DNA of 63,035 nucleotides, filler included, from Octopus bimaculoides (taxonomy: Eukaryota): the NCBI RefSeq assembly GCF_001194135.2. It is 6 parts of 6 records of this genome, joined end to end, with 100 filler letters (N's around TTAATTAATTAA, not from the genome) between each part and the next. Parts side by side here need not be neighbours in the genome. Positions count along the whole stretch, not along the records: positions 21,029 to 42,272 come from NC_068994.1; positions 42,373 to 55,362 come from NC_068988.1; 4 more parts are not named here. One strand, 5' to 3'. A program made the translations under genes and the position numbers. Shown one piece after another: positions 36,849 through 49,251 of this stretch. Under the pieces are notes generated by a model. That model was not told the origin of the DNA, ran no database searches, and was given only the letters and a program-made list of their open reading frames with translations. Every line of letters starts with the position of its first letter. The first letter of the stretch is position 1.

Positions 36849-39179
36849 ATGTATCCGGTGCAAACACCATACACAGCTGCAAGCCAAACTGCCATTTATG
36901 ACCAACCCCTCTATCAGATGAACCACTTGAAAAACAATGATAAAAGCAGTCTACCTGGTAAATCATTTCAGCAACATTCTAGTTCTCCACCTGTAGAAGG
37001 TAACCCAATGGAGACCCCAGAAGCTAGCAGCACAGATTGTGCTGTGGCACAAGAATTTGCAGCTACTGTAGCATCAGAAGATTTCTCAAATGCTTCACAA
37101 AATCAGATCCCTATCAATAACAATCAAGATAATCACATGGTCCCTCCAGCCCCTCAACAGCCTATTGAGGATTCCACTTGCATATCTCGTAACGACTCCC
37201 TGGCTTTGGATAGCAACAGTAGCCATGCATCCCACGAATCTCCTCAAGCTGCCCAGCTACAGCCACAGCCACACCCTGCTTTTACATCAGTGTCCCCACA
37301 ACCCCCCATGATTACAACCCCTCGAACTATGCCAGCATCTACCATGATGCTGCCTGGCCACAACCAAACTATATTTGAGTGTGCTTTCTGCAAGAAAGTT
37401 TTTACAAAGCAGTTTGCACTCAGAGTTCATGAACAAGTACATCTTGGAGAGAAACCATATTCATGTAATATATGCAACAAAAGCTTTGCCCAACAGATCC
37501 ATCTACGAAATCACCAGCGTGTACACACTGGAGAGAAACCATTTCAATGCACCATATGCAATAAAGCATTCAGTCAAGCTGGCAATTTAAAGCTGCATCT
37601 CCGTATCCATTCTGGAGACAAACCATTCACCTGTGATATATGTTCTAAAGCGTTTTCGCAACGAAACAGCCTCAACGATCACAAACGCTTCCACACTGGT
37701 AATATGTTTTTTTGTAAGTTTTGCAAGAGAGCATTCTGCAACCAGTTTTTCCTTGAGAACCATGAAAGATCTCATACCGGTGAAAAACCATTCACTTGTG
37801 ACTACTGTGGCAAACTGTTTGCTCAGCGAGGGAATTTTCGAACACATCTGAGGATCCACACAGGAGAAAAACCGTTTATCTGCGAAGTATGTGGCAAAGC
37901 GTTCTCTCAAAGAAATAGCTTAAATGATCACAATAGATTACATACCGGCAATTTGTTTTTCTGTCAGTATTGTAAGAAAGCTTTCTGCAATCAGTTCTTC
38001 TTGAAGATTCATGAGCGCATACACACAGGTGAGTTATTTTACTGTACCTTCTGTAAGAAAGGCTTCTGCAATGAATTCTTTCTTCGAAACCACGAGAGGG
38101 TGCACACAGGGGACAAACCCTATGATTGTCAATTTTGTAATAAGACTTTTGCCCAAAGGGGCAACTTAAAAACACATTTAAGAATTCATACTGGGGAGAG
38201 GCCGTTCATCTGTGACATCTGTGATAAAGCTTTCTCACAACGAAACAATCTCAATGATCATAAACGGTTACACTCTGGTGATTTGTATTTCTGCAGTTTC
38301 TGCAAAAAAGCATTTTGTAATCAATTTTTTCTCAAGACTCACGAGAGGACGCACACAGGTGAGAAACCATTTGAATGTGAATTTTGTCACGAGAAATTTT
38401 CTCAGCAAGGCAATCTGAAGACTCATCTACGTACTCATACTGGAGAAAAACCTTTTGCCTGTGGTCAGTGTGGTAAGAATTTTGCACAGAAAGCTAATCT
38501 GAATAACCACAAGTGCCCCATGGCATCAGCACTGAATAGAGAAACTGGAGGTGTTAATTCTAATATGGGCGGCAAGAATCACAGGCTCGCTAATAATAAT
38601 GATGACTGTGGGAATAGAAACTGTGATGGGGAGGTTTTTTCAGGTTCAAAGCAACAACCTCATATTGCTTCACCCCCAGCAACAATGATGAAGGACTCTG
38701 GACATGATAAATCTCCAATGTCATATAATTCGTCTCCCCCAGCTACTGCACAGTCACACCATTCCAACAAAATGGCGTCATCATCATCACATGTACAGAA
38801 GTCCAGTATGAAGGTCACTGATCGTCTTCTGCAGCAACACAACCACCAACAGAGTATTGTTTCACAGCCACATGGAGACTTACCTCAAGTTCTGCCTCAT
38901 GCTGTACGACCTCAGGTGTCAAACATTTCCCCAACACATGCACCGACATCTCCCTATCTCCACAGCAGCCTGCCTCAGAGTTGGGAGAACAACAATTACG
39001 TTTGGTCACGGGGATTCCCCATGCCACCACTACTCACCTCGACTTGGCCCAATATGGCAGGTTCATATTCATGCGGAGTAAAACAAGGCAAACAACTGCC
39101 GTGGAATAACTTACAAGCTATGCACGCTCCTTCAAAGAACATTACAAATCAAAATCCAGAAACGAGTGGTATAAAATAG
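36849..39179 (+). CDS. C2H2 zinc-finger protein, 776 aa, single coding exon, 13 C2H2 fingers plus one C2HC-like finger
   Basis: Uninterrupted ORF; first ATG at 36849 with in-frame TGA at 36834; CxxC-x12-HxxxH repeats with TGEKP-type linkers at 37374-38520; Pro/Ser/Gln-rich flanks; no KRAB or SCAN domain recognised. Confidence 0.92.
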   Translation: MYPVQTPYTAASQTAIYDQPLYQMNHLKNNDKSSLPGKSFQQHSSSPPVEGNPMETPEASSTDCAVAQEFAATVASEDFSNASQNQIPINNNQDNHMVPPAPQQPIEDSTCISRNDSLALDSNSSHASHESPQAAQLQPQPHPAFTSVSPQPPMITTPRTMPASTMMLPGHNQTIFECAFCKKVFTKQFALRVHEQVHLGEKPYSCNICNKSFAQQIHLRNHQRVHTGEKPFQCTICNKAFSQAGNLKLHLRIHSGDKPFTCDICSKAFSQRNSLNDHKRFHTGNMFFCKFCKRAFCNQFFLENHERSHTGEKPFTCDYCGKLFAQRGNFRTHLRIHTGEKPFICEVCGKAFSQRNSLNDHNRLHTGNLFFCQYCKKAFCNQFFLKIHERIHTGELFYCTFCKKGFCNEFFLRNHERVHTGDKPYDCQFCNKTFAQRGNLKTHLRIHTGERPFICDICDKAFSQRNNLNDHKRLHSGDLYFCSFCKKAFCNQFFLKTHERTHTGEKPFECEFCHEKFSQQGNLKTHLRTHTGEKPFACGQCGKNFAQKANLNNHKCPMASALNRETGGVNSNMGGKNHRLANNNDDCGNRNCDGEVFSGSKQQPHIASPPATMMKDSGHDKSPMSYNSSPPATAQSHHSNKMASSSSHVQKSSMKVTDRLLQQHNHQQSIVSQPHGDLPQVLPHAVRPQVSNISPTHAPTSPYLHSSLPQSWENNNYVWSRGFPMPPLLTSTWPNMAGSYSCGVKQGKQLPWNNLQAMHAPSKNITNQNPETSGIK

Positions 39180-39603
39180 TTGTCTAATATAATGGAAGAA
39201 ACCTTTCTTCATTCATTTTTTCTTCTTTATTCAATTGGACAGACTTCTTCATTTGTAAGAGTTTGTTTTTTTGTGTGTGTGTGTCTGCTTAACTTGTATA
39301 TGTCTTCTGCGTGAAATAGCCAGACAGCCAATATTACTCCCTGTTGTTGTTGAATTTTTTTTTTTGATGTCTCCAAATGGTATTAGAACACATGCATACC
39401 AACATTAGTACAGTTTAGTACATAATGCTTACAAGTGACCGCATCTTCAATAAAATTCTTCAGTTTCTCTTCAGATTTCTGAGACAATGTTTGTGTTGTT
39501 TGTTTTCTTTCACCATTTCCTTTTTTAATAAAGAAGATCCAGTATCTTTTACAGAGAAAATATTAAGCTTCATCCCAGCTTCTGGAACTTTCTTCTTCAG
39601 AAT

Positions 39604-39990
39604 CCCCATGAAAATTCATAAATTTTCGATGTTGATAACAATTCAACCATGGGTAATTGACACACATCAAGATGTATTCTCAAACTTTCCACTTCTCATG
39701 AGGATTCTAAGATCCTATAATGGAGGCCTTAACTCCCAAATTTTAGTAATTTTTTATGATCCCAAACTTTGTCAAAAGTACGGAATGGAGCTTTATGAAA
39801 TTTGGTAATTATATTCTATGCATAAGGGCCATAACCCCCATGAAAATTCATATATTTTTGCTGTTGATGAAATTTTAACCATAGATATTAGACACGAATG
39901 AAGCAATGTTTCTAAAATTTCATCTTCTTAGAAGTTAGAAAGACCCCTTCATGAGGGACTTAACACCCACAATTTAGTCATTTTATCTAA
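39604..39990. repeat. Diverged tandem duplication, period ~232 bp
   Basis: ccccatgaaaattcata at 39604 and 39836, similarity continues about 150 bp. Confidence 0.65.
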
Positions 39991-40687
39991 GCAAAGACGA
40001 ATACAGTTGTGCTCTTGGAAGCTGTAGGGTCACCTGAGCACAAAAGATGAGCATTATCTGTAATTCGATGGTACAACAGTGTAAGAGTTTGCTTTGAGAT
40101 ATACTTACATTGTGATTTCTGTAATGTGGTGCATAAATTGTCAAGTAAATGAGATGCATCCCTACCTACACTGATTCAGTTGAGTAAAGTTATTTGGTTG
40201 CAGACCTCCTTTGAGTCTTTTTATTATCACTGGATCACACATAGTCCCCAGGTGGTAACATTGATTTCAAGGCCTTCCCAGATGAGTGACTGGTTATTCA
40301 AAGACATTTGTAGATTGTAAATTTATTCTGTCCAGTTACCTATTGGTATAGTGGTCAGTTGCAAACTCCAGAGGTGACACTTTCATTTCCCCTTAGCCCT
40401 CACGTCACACAGTTGTTAATATTTATTTCAGTTGCGTCATGCCCGTCCAATTGCTATAGAACCGTAAGGCATCTTACAGCTGTGCTTGTCACCTGTATGG
40501 TGAGGAATTCTACACTGGGGGAGTGGTAACGACTTGGGTAGGGTAGCTGACTGCTTATTGTGATCATTCATCTTTTGGTTTCCTGTAGCTTTGTTCTCTT
40601 TTACAAACTCAGTGAACATACATATATTTCCTATTTCAAAGAAATTCGAACAATAGATATAATACCCAAGTTAAACAGATTCTCAAC

Positions 40688-40825
40688 GTGGCTGTGTGGT
40701 AAGTAGCTTGCTTACCAACCACATGGTCCCGGGTTCAGTCTCACTGCGTGGCATCTTGGGCAAGTGTCTTCTACTATAGCCTTGGGCCGACCAAAGCATT
40801 GTGAGTGGATTTGGTAGACGGAAAC
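40688..40825 (+). mobile_element. SINE family A 5' half (runs into gap)
   Basis: Near-identical to the reverse complement of 44092-44256. Confidence 0.85.
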
Positions 40826-41544
40826 NNNNNNNNNNNNNNNNNNNNNNNNNNNNNNNNNNNNNNNNNNNNNNNNNNNNNNNNNNNNNNNNNNNNNNNNNNN
40901 NNNNNNNNNNNNNNNNNNNNNNNNNNNNNNNNNNNNNNNNNNNNNNNNNNNNNNNNNNNNNNNNNNNNNNNNNNNNNNNNNNNNNNNNNNNNNNNNNNNN
41001 NNNNNNNNNNNNNNNNNNNNNNNNNNNNNNNNNNNNNNNNNNNNNNNNNNNNNNNNNNNNNNNNNNNNNNNNNNNNNNNNNNNNNNNNNNNNNNNNNNNN
41101 NNNNNNNNNNNNNNNNNNNNNNNNNNNNNNNNNNNNNNNNNNNNNNNNNNNNNNNNNNNNNNNNNNNNNNNNNNNNNNNNNNNNNNNNNNNNNNNNNNNN
41201 NNNNNNNNNNNNNNNNNNNNNNNNNNNNNNNNNNNNNNNNNNNNNNNNNNNNNNNNNNNNNNNNNNNNNNNNNNNNNNNNNNNNNNNNNNNNNNNNNNNN
41301 NNNNNNNNNNNNNNNNNNNNNNNNNNNNNNNNNNNNNNNNNNNNNNNNNNNNNNNNNNNNNNNNNNNNNNNNNNNNNNNNNNNNNNNNNNNNNNNNNNNN
41401 NNNNNNNNNNNNNNNNNNNNNNNNNNNNNNNNNNNNNNNNNNNNTATATATATATCCAAGGTGTGGTGAATAAATTGTCATTTGAATTATTATTATTATC
41501 GAAAAATACCTTAGGAATGAGAACCCAGGTTCGAAATTTCTCCA

Positions 41545-41589
41545 AGACACCTGACGAAGGATGGAGGGTATATCAGCCGAAAGGTTGTT
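41545..41589 (+). ncRNA. Degenerate type I hammerhead in a pLTR-like repeat (about 41495-41670)
   Basis: gacac-CTGACGA-a-GGaTG gagggtatat CAGCC-GAAA-GGTTGTT; stems I and III damaged. Confidence 0.45.
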
Positions 41590-42372
41590 AACAACAAACA
41601 AGATGAAGACAAATATCTGTTAATTGTAAATAATGTACATAATTCCCCATCTCTTAAATATAGAACTGTATTTCTCTGTCCTATTCTTATTCCAGCGATA
41701 ATACTTTCAGAACATCCTCCGCCATTGCTAATTTGGTTACCTAAGTATCAGAAACTAGTGCTTATTGTTTCTGCACACCTGCACATGCAAAGATGACTTT
41801 CTCTGTTTACCTGCCTTGGATTCCAATGAATCTTATGTGTCCATTGCTTGCAGTGAATGCAACACCAAGTGAAGGGATGGGAAGAGGACCTTTGAAAACC
41901 TGTCTTTCCTTATAACTTTCAGGAAAATGAAAAGTGGCTATTTCCAAAAAAAAAAACGACTCCTTCCTTAATGAAAATTGTTTCCGGTAATGTTTACCAG
42001 TCACTTCCTGTAACCCAAGTAGAAGGTTTGAAAATTTATTTGTTCAAATAGCTGTGCAATATAGATTTCGAACATATACAATGTTTCTTTCAAAATTTTA
42101 AGTTTCACCCACTTTCAGATATTAAAACAACACAACAGTGAACAGTCATTTTCTTTTTACTTCGTTTTGCCATGAACTCATACAAATATTTGATACCATC
42201 AAGAACATTGTTTAAATGTGAAGTAAGAATACAATTTGTAGTGCAGATCTGTTATACTATAAATTATATTATNNNNNNNNNNNNNNNNNNNNNNNNNNNN
42301 NNNNNNNNNNNNNNNNTTAATTAATTAANNNNNNNNNNNNNNNNNNNNNNNNNNNNNNNNNNNNNNNNNNNN

Positions 42373-42823
42373 TGTTTCGCCGATCAAGTTGATATGTATC
42401 TCGACAGTATGACGGTGACGTCGTCCGCGTACGCAAACACGCCCCTACCATATCCCAGTTCTCGTAGGATGCCCTTCAGAGTCGCCAGCTTCCACAGTAG
42501 TGGCTCTAGAGTCAATACGTACAGAAGCGACGAGAGGGTGCATCCTTGACGGACCGAACGTCTGATGTTAAATGGTCTGGATAGATGATCACTTACGCGA
42601 ACTACGGAGCGGATGCTGCTGTATAAGGCAGCGATCCAACCGCAGAATACGGGACCTAAACCAGCCGCTCTAAGGACAGCCTCCAAGTAGCGATGGTCAA
42701 CCCTATCGTAAGTTTTCGATTGATCGAAATTGATCAGCGCCCCACCCATGCCTGTTCCTTAACTACCCTGTCATTGATGTAGTGCATCAGATGGAGGTTG
42801 TCATGGATACTCCTGCCCGGCAC
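42373..42823 (-). mobile_element. L1/Tx1-clade LINE RT fragment
   Basis: VPGRSIHDNLHLM, DQSKTYDRVDH, SVRQGCTLSSLLYVLTLEPL, YADDVT. Confidence 0.85.
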
Positions 42824-43243
<420 letters not shown>

Positions 43244-44091
43244 TACTAAGGTAGCGAGCTAACAAAATATCGTTAGCNNNNNNNNNNNNNNNNNNNNNNN
43301 NNNNNNNNNNNNNNNNNNNNNNNNNNNNNNNNNNNNNNNNNNNNNNNNNNNNNNNNNNNNNNNNNNNNNNNNNNNNNNNNNNNNNNNNNNNNNNNNNNNN
43401 NNNNNNNNNNNNNNNNNNNNNNNNNNNNNNNNNNNNNNNNNNNNNNNNNNNNNNNNNNNNNNNNNNNNNNNNNNNNNNNNNNNNNNNNNNNNNNNNNNNN
43501 NNNNNNNNNNNNNNNNNNNNNNNNNNNNNNNNNNNNNNNNNNNNNNNNNNNNNNNNNNNNNNNNNNNNNNNNNNNNNNNNNNNNNNNNNNNNNNNNNNNN
43601 NNNNNNNNNNNNNNNNNNNNNNNNNNNNNNNNNNNNNNNNNNNNNNNNNNNNNNNNNNNNNNNNNNNNNNNNNNNNNNNNNNNNNNNNNNNNNNNNNNNN
43701 NNNNNNNNNNNNNNNNNNNNNNNNNNNNNNNNNNNNNNNNNNNNNNNNNNNNNNNNNNNNNNNNNNNNNNNNNNNNNNNNNNNNNNNNNNNNNNNNNNNN
43801 NNNNNNNNNNNNNNNNNNNNNNNNNNNNNNNNNNNNNNNNNNNNNNNNNNNNNNNNNNNNNNNNNNNNNNNNNNNNNNNNNNNNNNNNNNNNNNNNNNNN
43901 NNNNNNNNNNNNNNNNNNNNNNNNNNNNNNNNNNNNNNNNNNNNNNNNNNNNNNNNNNNNNNNNNNNNNNNNNNNNNNNNNNNNNNNNNNNNNNNNNNNN
44001 NNNNNNNNNNNNNNNNNNNNNNNNNNNNNNNNNNNNNNNNNNNNNNNNNNNNNNNNNNNNNNNNNNNNNNATATTATACATATACATATAT

Positions 44092-44256
44092 ACGACGGGC
44101 TTCTTTCAGTTTCCGTCTACCAAATCCACTCACAAGGCTTTGGTCGGCCCGAGGCTATAGTAGAAGACACTTGCCCAAGGTGCCACGCAGTGGGACTGAA
44201 CCCGGAACCATGTGGTTGGTAAGCAAGCCACTTACCACACAGCCACACCTGCGCCT
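44092..44256 (-). mobile_element. SINE family A 5' half, CpG-intact
   Basis: Aligns to the other family A copies. Confidence 0.9.
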
Positions 44257-45084
44257 ATTATTTTTAGTTATCCACTTCTGTTAAACGGGTTACTAACAAC
44301 TTTTAAATCCAGTTTCAGACCCAACAACTTAAGCCAAGTGTTCACTTTTTGTGACACGTATTATTATATGTTGACTTGCCATAAATACCACAGAATAATT
44401 GAGTCTTCAGCAAATCAACGATCGCTTTCCATTTTCGAAAACCCCGATGGCATTCTTAGTTTTCTCTTTGTTTCATTGTCCAGTATGTTCCGGTTAGTGT
44501 CAAGGAGTTTGTAGAGGACGTGTATAAACAAGACTAAAGGATATTAATGTGTTGTAAATATTTTCGGCCTTAATCATTATTTACTGTCAACATAAATTCA
44601 CGACTCTCTTATAAATATGATCAGTCACGTTGTGAGAGTTTTAAAACCGAAATAATCTACAACATTTCATTAGAACATTTCATTAAGACTACAATTCAAT
44701 TATTTCTTCTCATCCCACTCCTCGCTTGTAATACACTAACAAACATTGTCACTGCAAAACTCATTGACAAACATATAATCGGTCAACATTTCTACGTTCA
44801 TATAAACAACATATAAACGGTCAACCTTGTAGCAGTTAAATTCTCAGGTCTGTTGTCACACTTCGTGTCGACAGGTATTGATATATTCTCCAAACTATTT
44901 TCGTTTACTGTTGTTTATTTTTTTATGTATGTATTAACACTTTGGGGAATAAATTTGCACTCAACACTTTTCTTGCAGTCAACGAGAATTCCTGGTTGGC
45001 CTAGTTGTTTTGTCGCAAAATAATTCAGATTACGGTAAATACCATCTCGGTATATTTTCATTTTATTATTCAAGCTAGAGAAGT

Positions 45085-45300
45085 AGGTCTGTGAGCCGAA
45101 TCGTTACAGCATCGGGGAGAAATGCATTATAGTATTTATTTCGGTTCTTTATATTCCAAATTGAAATCCTGCCGGGGTCAACTTTCCCTTTCATCCTGTA
45201 CAGTCGGTAAAATAAAGTACCAGTCAAGTAGTGGAGCCGATGGCATCGACTAAACCCCTCCCCTAAAAACTGATGGCATTGTTCCTAAATTAGAAACCAT
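45085..45300 (+). mobile_element. SINE family C copy, diverged
   Basis: ggggtcaactttccctttcatcc..aaagtaccagtc domain. Confidence 0.6.
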
Positions 45301-46714
45301 ACTATTATCCAAGAGACGCTATTTGTACAACGTTATAGCAATTACGTAAGTTATTGGCGATTTCATAACTCCGAGAAACATTTTATAGTCATTTTTTTCT
45401 ATTTTTAAAATGTTTTCTTTATTATTTAAGCAATTTTTTTAAAACGATTTTTGAGGCTTCTTGAAAAATAAAACTCTAAAAAACTTTTCACCTTTTCTTG
45501 TCTCGTTCTTTAACGTAGCTGAAGGTTGTGATTTTCATATTGAAAATGGTATTCTCTGCATATTCATTGAATAGTTTTCCACACCAAGCATGTGTTTGTT
45601 CACACCGAGTGTCTGTCTATTTTCTGTGTATGTATGTATGTATGTATGTATGTATGTATGTATGTATGTATGTATGTATGTATGTGTGTGTGTGTGGAGG
45701 GGGGGGGCGGCGGCAGTGCGCGTATGGTTAAGTTTCTTTGTCTAGTTGAATCATTTGCTGATACTACATTTTGGGTATATTTTAAACATGCTATTTGACT
45801 TATAGCAAGGCTTTTCAACAAAATGAATACTAAAACGCTAACCAGGAAGTAGAAATAATATACAAACATATATATATATATGTGTATGTGTATTGTTAAA
45901 TTTGTCATGTTTGTATGTCAACTATGCCTACTATGCAAGAATGTAGGTTTGAGAGAGAGAGAGTGTGTGTGTGTGTGTGTATGTGTGTGTGTGTACGTGT
46001 GTATGTGTATGTGCATGTGTGTGTTTTATCAAAAACATGACTGTGTTCGGATTTGAGCTTCTTTAATGAGAATTTTATTTTATTTTTTCTTTATTAGTTC
46101 CTTTATGTTTAGATTAGAACAATGGCGTTCCTAAATCCAACCGTCCATTAACATCTGCGACTCTCTCTGTATTACTATCAGAATTAAGTAATGGTAATAA
46201 TGAGGTGCTGCTTGTGTGCATTGCTGTAAGTAGCAAAGTGTCATGGGATTACTGGGTGATTTGGCTTGTGTTTTCTAAAGCTTTCATAATCTAGTTCAAG
46301 CCTCCGTAATTATCTTTCTCAATTTTTGTTATCTTATATTTTTGAGAAATTCTATTTAAAACTGTAGTGTTGTCAACTAACGTTTTACTGTCTCATTTTA
46401 TTTCATGTAATACATTGCAGAGGTTTGTGGTAGCACCTTCTAACAGCAAGGTCAGCTCATAAGAGAGTGTCGTATTTGTGTGGCTGATGTCATACATTGA
46501 CTCATAGCATAATTTGCATGTTTACACGGAAATATGTATTTTACATTGGTTGTCAAAAGGACATTCCCTAGTTTCTAGGTTTTGGGTTTCGTGATGAGGA
46601 AAATTTTTTTTTTTTATTATTCTGATGTGATATAATTATAACTGTGAGTTTGTGGTTTGAGTGTTGTGTTCTGTTCTAAGTGATTTTATTGGCATGTTAA
46701 TACATTCTGTATAG

Positions 46715-47073
46715 AGGCGCAATGGCCCAGTGGTTAGGGCAGCGGACTCGTGGTCATAGGATCGCGGTTTCGATTCCCAAACCGGGCGTTGTGAGTGTTT
46801 ATTGAGCGAAAACACCTAAAGCTCCACGCGGCTCCGGCAGAGGATGGTGGCGAACCCTGCTGTACTCTTTCACCACAACTTTCTCTCACTCTTTCTTCCT
46901 GTTTCTCTTGTGCCTGTAATTCAAAGGGTCAGCCTTGTCACACTGTGTCACGCTGAATATCCCCGAGAACTGCGTTAAGGATACACGTGTCTGTGGAGTG
47001 CTCGACCACTTGAACGTTAATTTCACGAGCAGGCTGTTCCGTTGATCGTAAGCGACGGAATGCCAACAACAAC
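46715..47073 (+). mobile_element. tRNA-derived SINE family B, full length, 13-bp TSD
   Basis: A box TGGCCCAGTGG, B box GGTTTCGATTCC, (CAA)n tail; TSD aatacattctgta at 46699-46711 and 47074-47086. Confidence 0.92.
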
Positions 47074-48314
47074 AATACATTCTGTAACCAGAATGGATTT
47101 GGTTCTAATAGCGTACAATATATGTGGCCTGTGTGTTTTTAGTTGGCACTGTTGTATACGTGTAGCTGAAGTTGTTCTTGTATTGTTCTAATGGCCTGGT
47201 CTATAATCTATTCGGGTATCTATTACTAACTATTGTTTGATTTACATGAAAGATTTCCTTGTTTAAAGCATTTTGCGTGGATGAAAATTTACAAGTATTT
47301 GACTGCAGATATATTGTATCTATGGGGACACACCATGAGTATATAGGAATGTGCGCGCGAGCGTGTGTATCTGTGCGTGTGTGTGTGTGTGTGTGTGTGT
47401 GAGTAAACTGAGCTGGTATACTTCTATTCGTTATTCATAAATTTATTTAAGAATAAGCCCGTGTTATGATCTGAACTTATCCTAGCGCTGTGTTGGTTTG
47501 CAAATGTAAGAAAGCATTTATTTTCAGAATCTTCTTTAAGTCTACCAGACTGGTAGGTTTACAGACCATCTTGAAAATAACTTCATTCTTACGTTTACAA
47601 TCAAGCCTGTCTCTAAGACTCAAAGATATTACTTTAAATATAAATAATTGTTCATATTATCCACACAGAAAAAAATAAACGAAATCCTCAATTATATCGA
47701 CAGTCTATCAAACATTAGAAATATGGCTTACAATTTAGTTAAAGATATATCTCTCAGACTCCCAAAATATCACAATAATGAAGACATTCTTTCGACTATA
47801 CTACGTATAATAAAGACCTTCTGACATCTCTTTCTGTAAACACTCTAATATCGCTGTCACAACGACAATAGTAAATAATTCTTTTAAATTACACAGAAAC
47901 ATACACTCTATAGTTACTACAAAATATTCAACAAAGATAGTATCAAACTTTCATTAGCATTGTCTAATATGTTTGAACTCAATAAATCATTTGCTGATCT
48001 CACTAATTGAAACTACAACTGTATTATCAGCAATAGTTGTTAATTACTAACTACTTTCTAAGAATATAATTCATCAACGTACAGGGATAACATGAAATCC
48101 ATTTCAAGCCTGCTATAACGAATGCATGCATACATTCAGAAACAAAAATAGAAGTCACACTGTCTTCAATCATTCGGGGGCTGAAAATCAAAAGTCCACA
48201 ATTTAATATGAAATTAAATATCATCTCAAGAGTAAAGCTACATATTAGAAATAAAAATTTAACTTGCGTACCAGTTGTCAAGCGGCAGTTGGGGAAACAA
48301 ACACAGCCACAAAA

Positions 48315-48367
<53 letters not shown>

Positions 48368-48734
48368 GTTACGGAATCTTGATTAGCAAAGCAAAACTTC
48401 TTTCATGAATAGGAACTTTGGAGGATTCTCTTTATGGAGAGCATAAAATTTATGAAACTTTTAGGCATTGCAAACCTATAATATAGCCCTACAGAAAAAG
48501 TAGCACTTTTAAAAGCAGAACCTCCGATCTCTCTGACACTTTGACCTATTCCTACACATTTTGTAAGAAAAGCCAACAACATATATATAACAAAATGCNN
48601 NNNNNNNNNNNNNNNNNNNNNNNNNNNNNNNNNNNNNNNNNNNNNNNNNNNNNNNNNNNNNNNNNNNNNNNNNNNNNNNNNNNNNNNNNNNNNNNNNNNT
48701 GTGTGTGTGTGTGCGTGTGCGTGTGTGTGTGTGT

Positions 48735-48770
<36 letters not shown>

Positions 48771-49159
48771 ATAGCTTATTTGAAAAAATCCGTTGGAAGG
48801 TGCAACGCTACGAGACAGTACGTTGGACGAGGAAGGAAGAAAAGGAGGAAGGAAGAGAAAATTAGAATCTGGAGTGGAAAGTAAATAGATCAATTTTTAA
48901 ACCAGATTAGAGTTGAAAGAAAAGTATTTTATGTGTAATGGAAATGTAAAAGGGAAATTATCGTGTGTTCATACTTGTAGTGTTGACATATATATATACA
49001 CGATAAACGTGTGGTAATAAAGGTAGTGGTAATATTATTTATATAGGTAAATGATGCTTGTGTGTACTAGTAAAAGATCAAATAAGCTATGTAGCGTTCT
49101 TCTCTACACGCAGTTGTCACATTCGGTAAAAATGTCTTACGGTTGAGTTGATTTTTATG

Positions 49160-49251
49160 TATTTCCCTGAAGAGAAGATTACATCTTTCTCAACATCATT
49201 CATTCCTTTGGAATGAACGAATTGTAATCTTCGGAACATATGTCGGAAATA
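49160..49251 (+). ncRNA. Type I hammerhead ribozyme fold with a single core substitution (GAAA to GGAA)
   Basis: Stem I tatttcc/ggaaata 7 bp, CTGAAGA, stem II GAAGATTAC/GTAATCTTC 9 bp, palindromic stem III ACATATGT, GUC triplet. Confidence 0.8.

Noticed and set aside
37090-39081. Alternative-frame and antisense ORFs overlapping the zinc-finger CDS
   Set aside because: Short shadow ORFs with no domain signal.
46715-46790. tRNA gene
   Set aside because: The tRNA-like head continues into a multicopy SINE body with a TSD; no proper acceptor stem.
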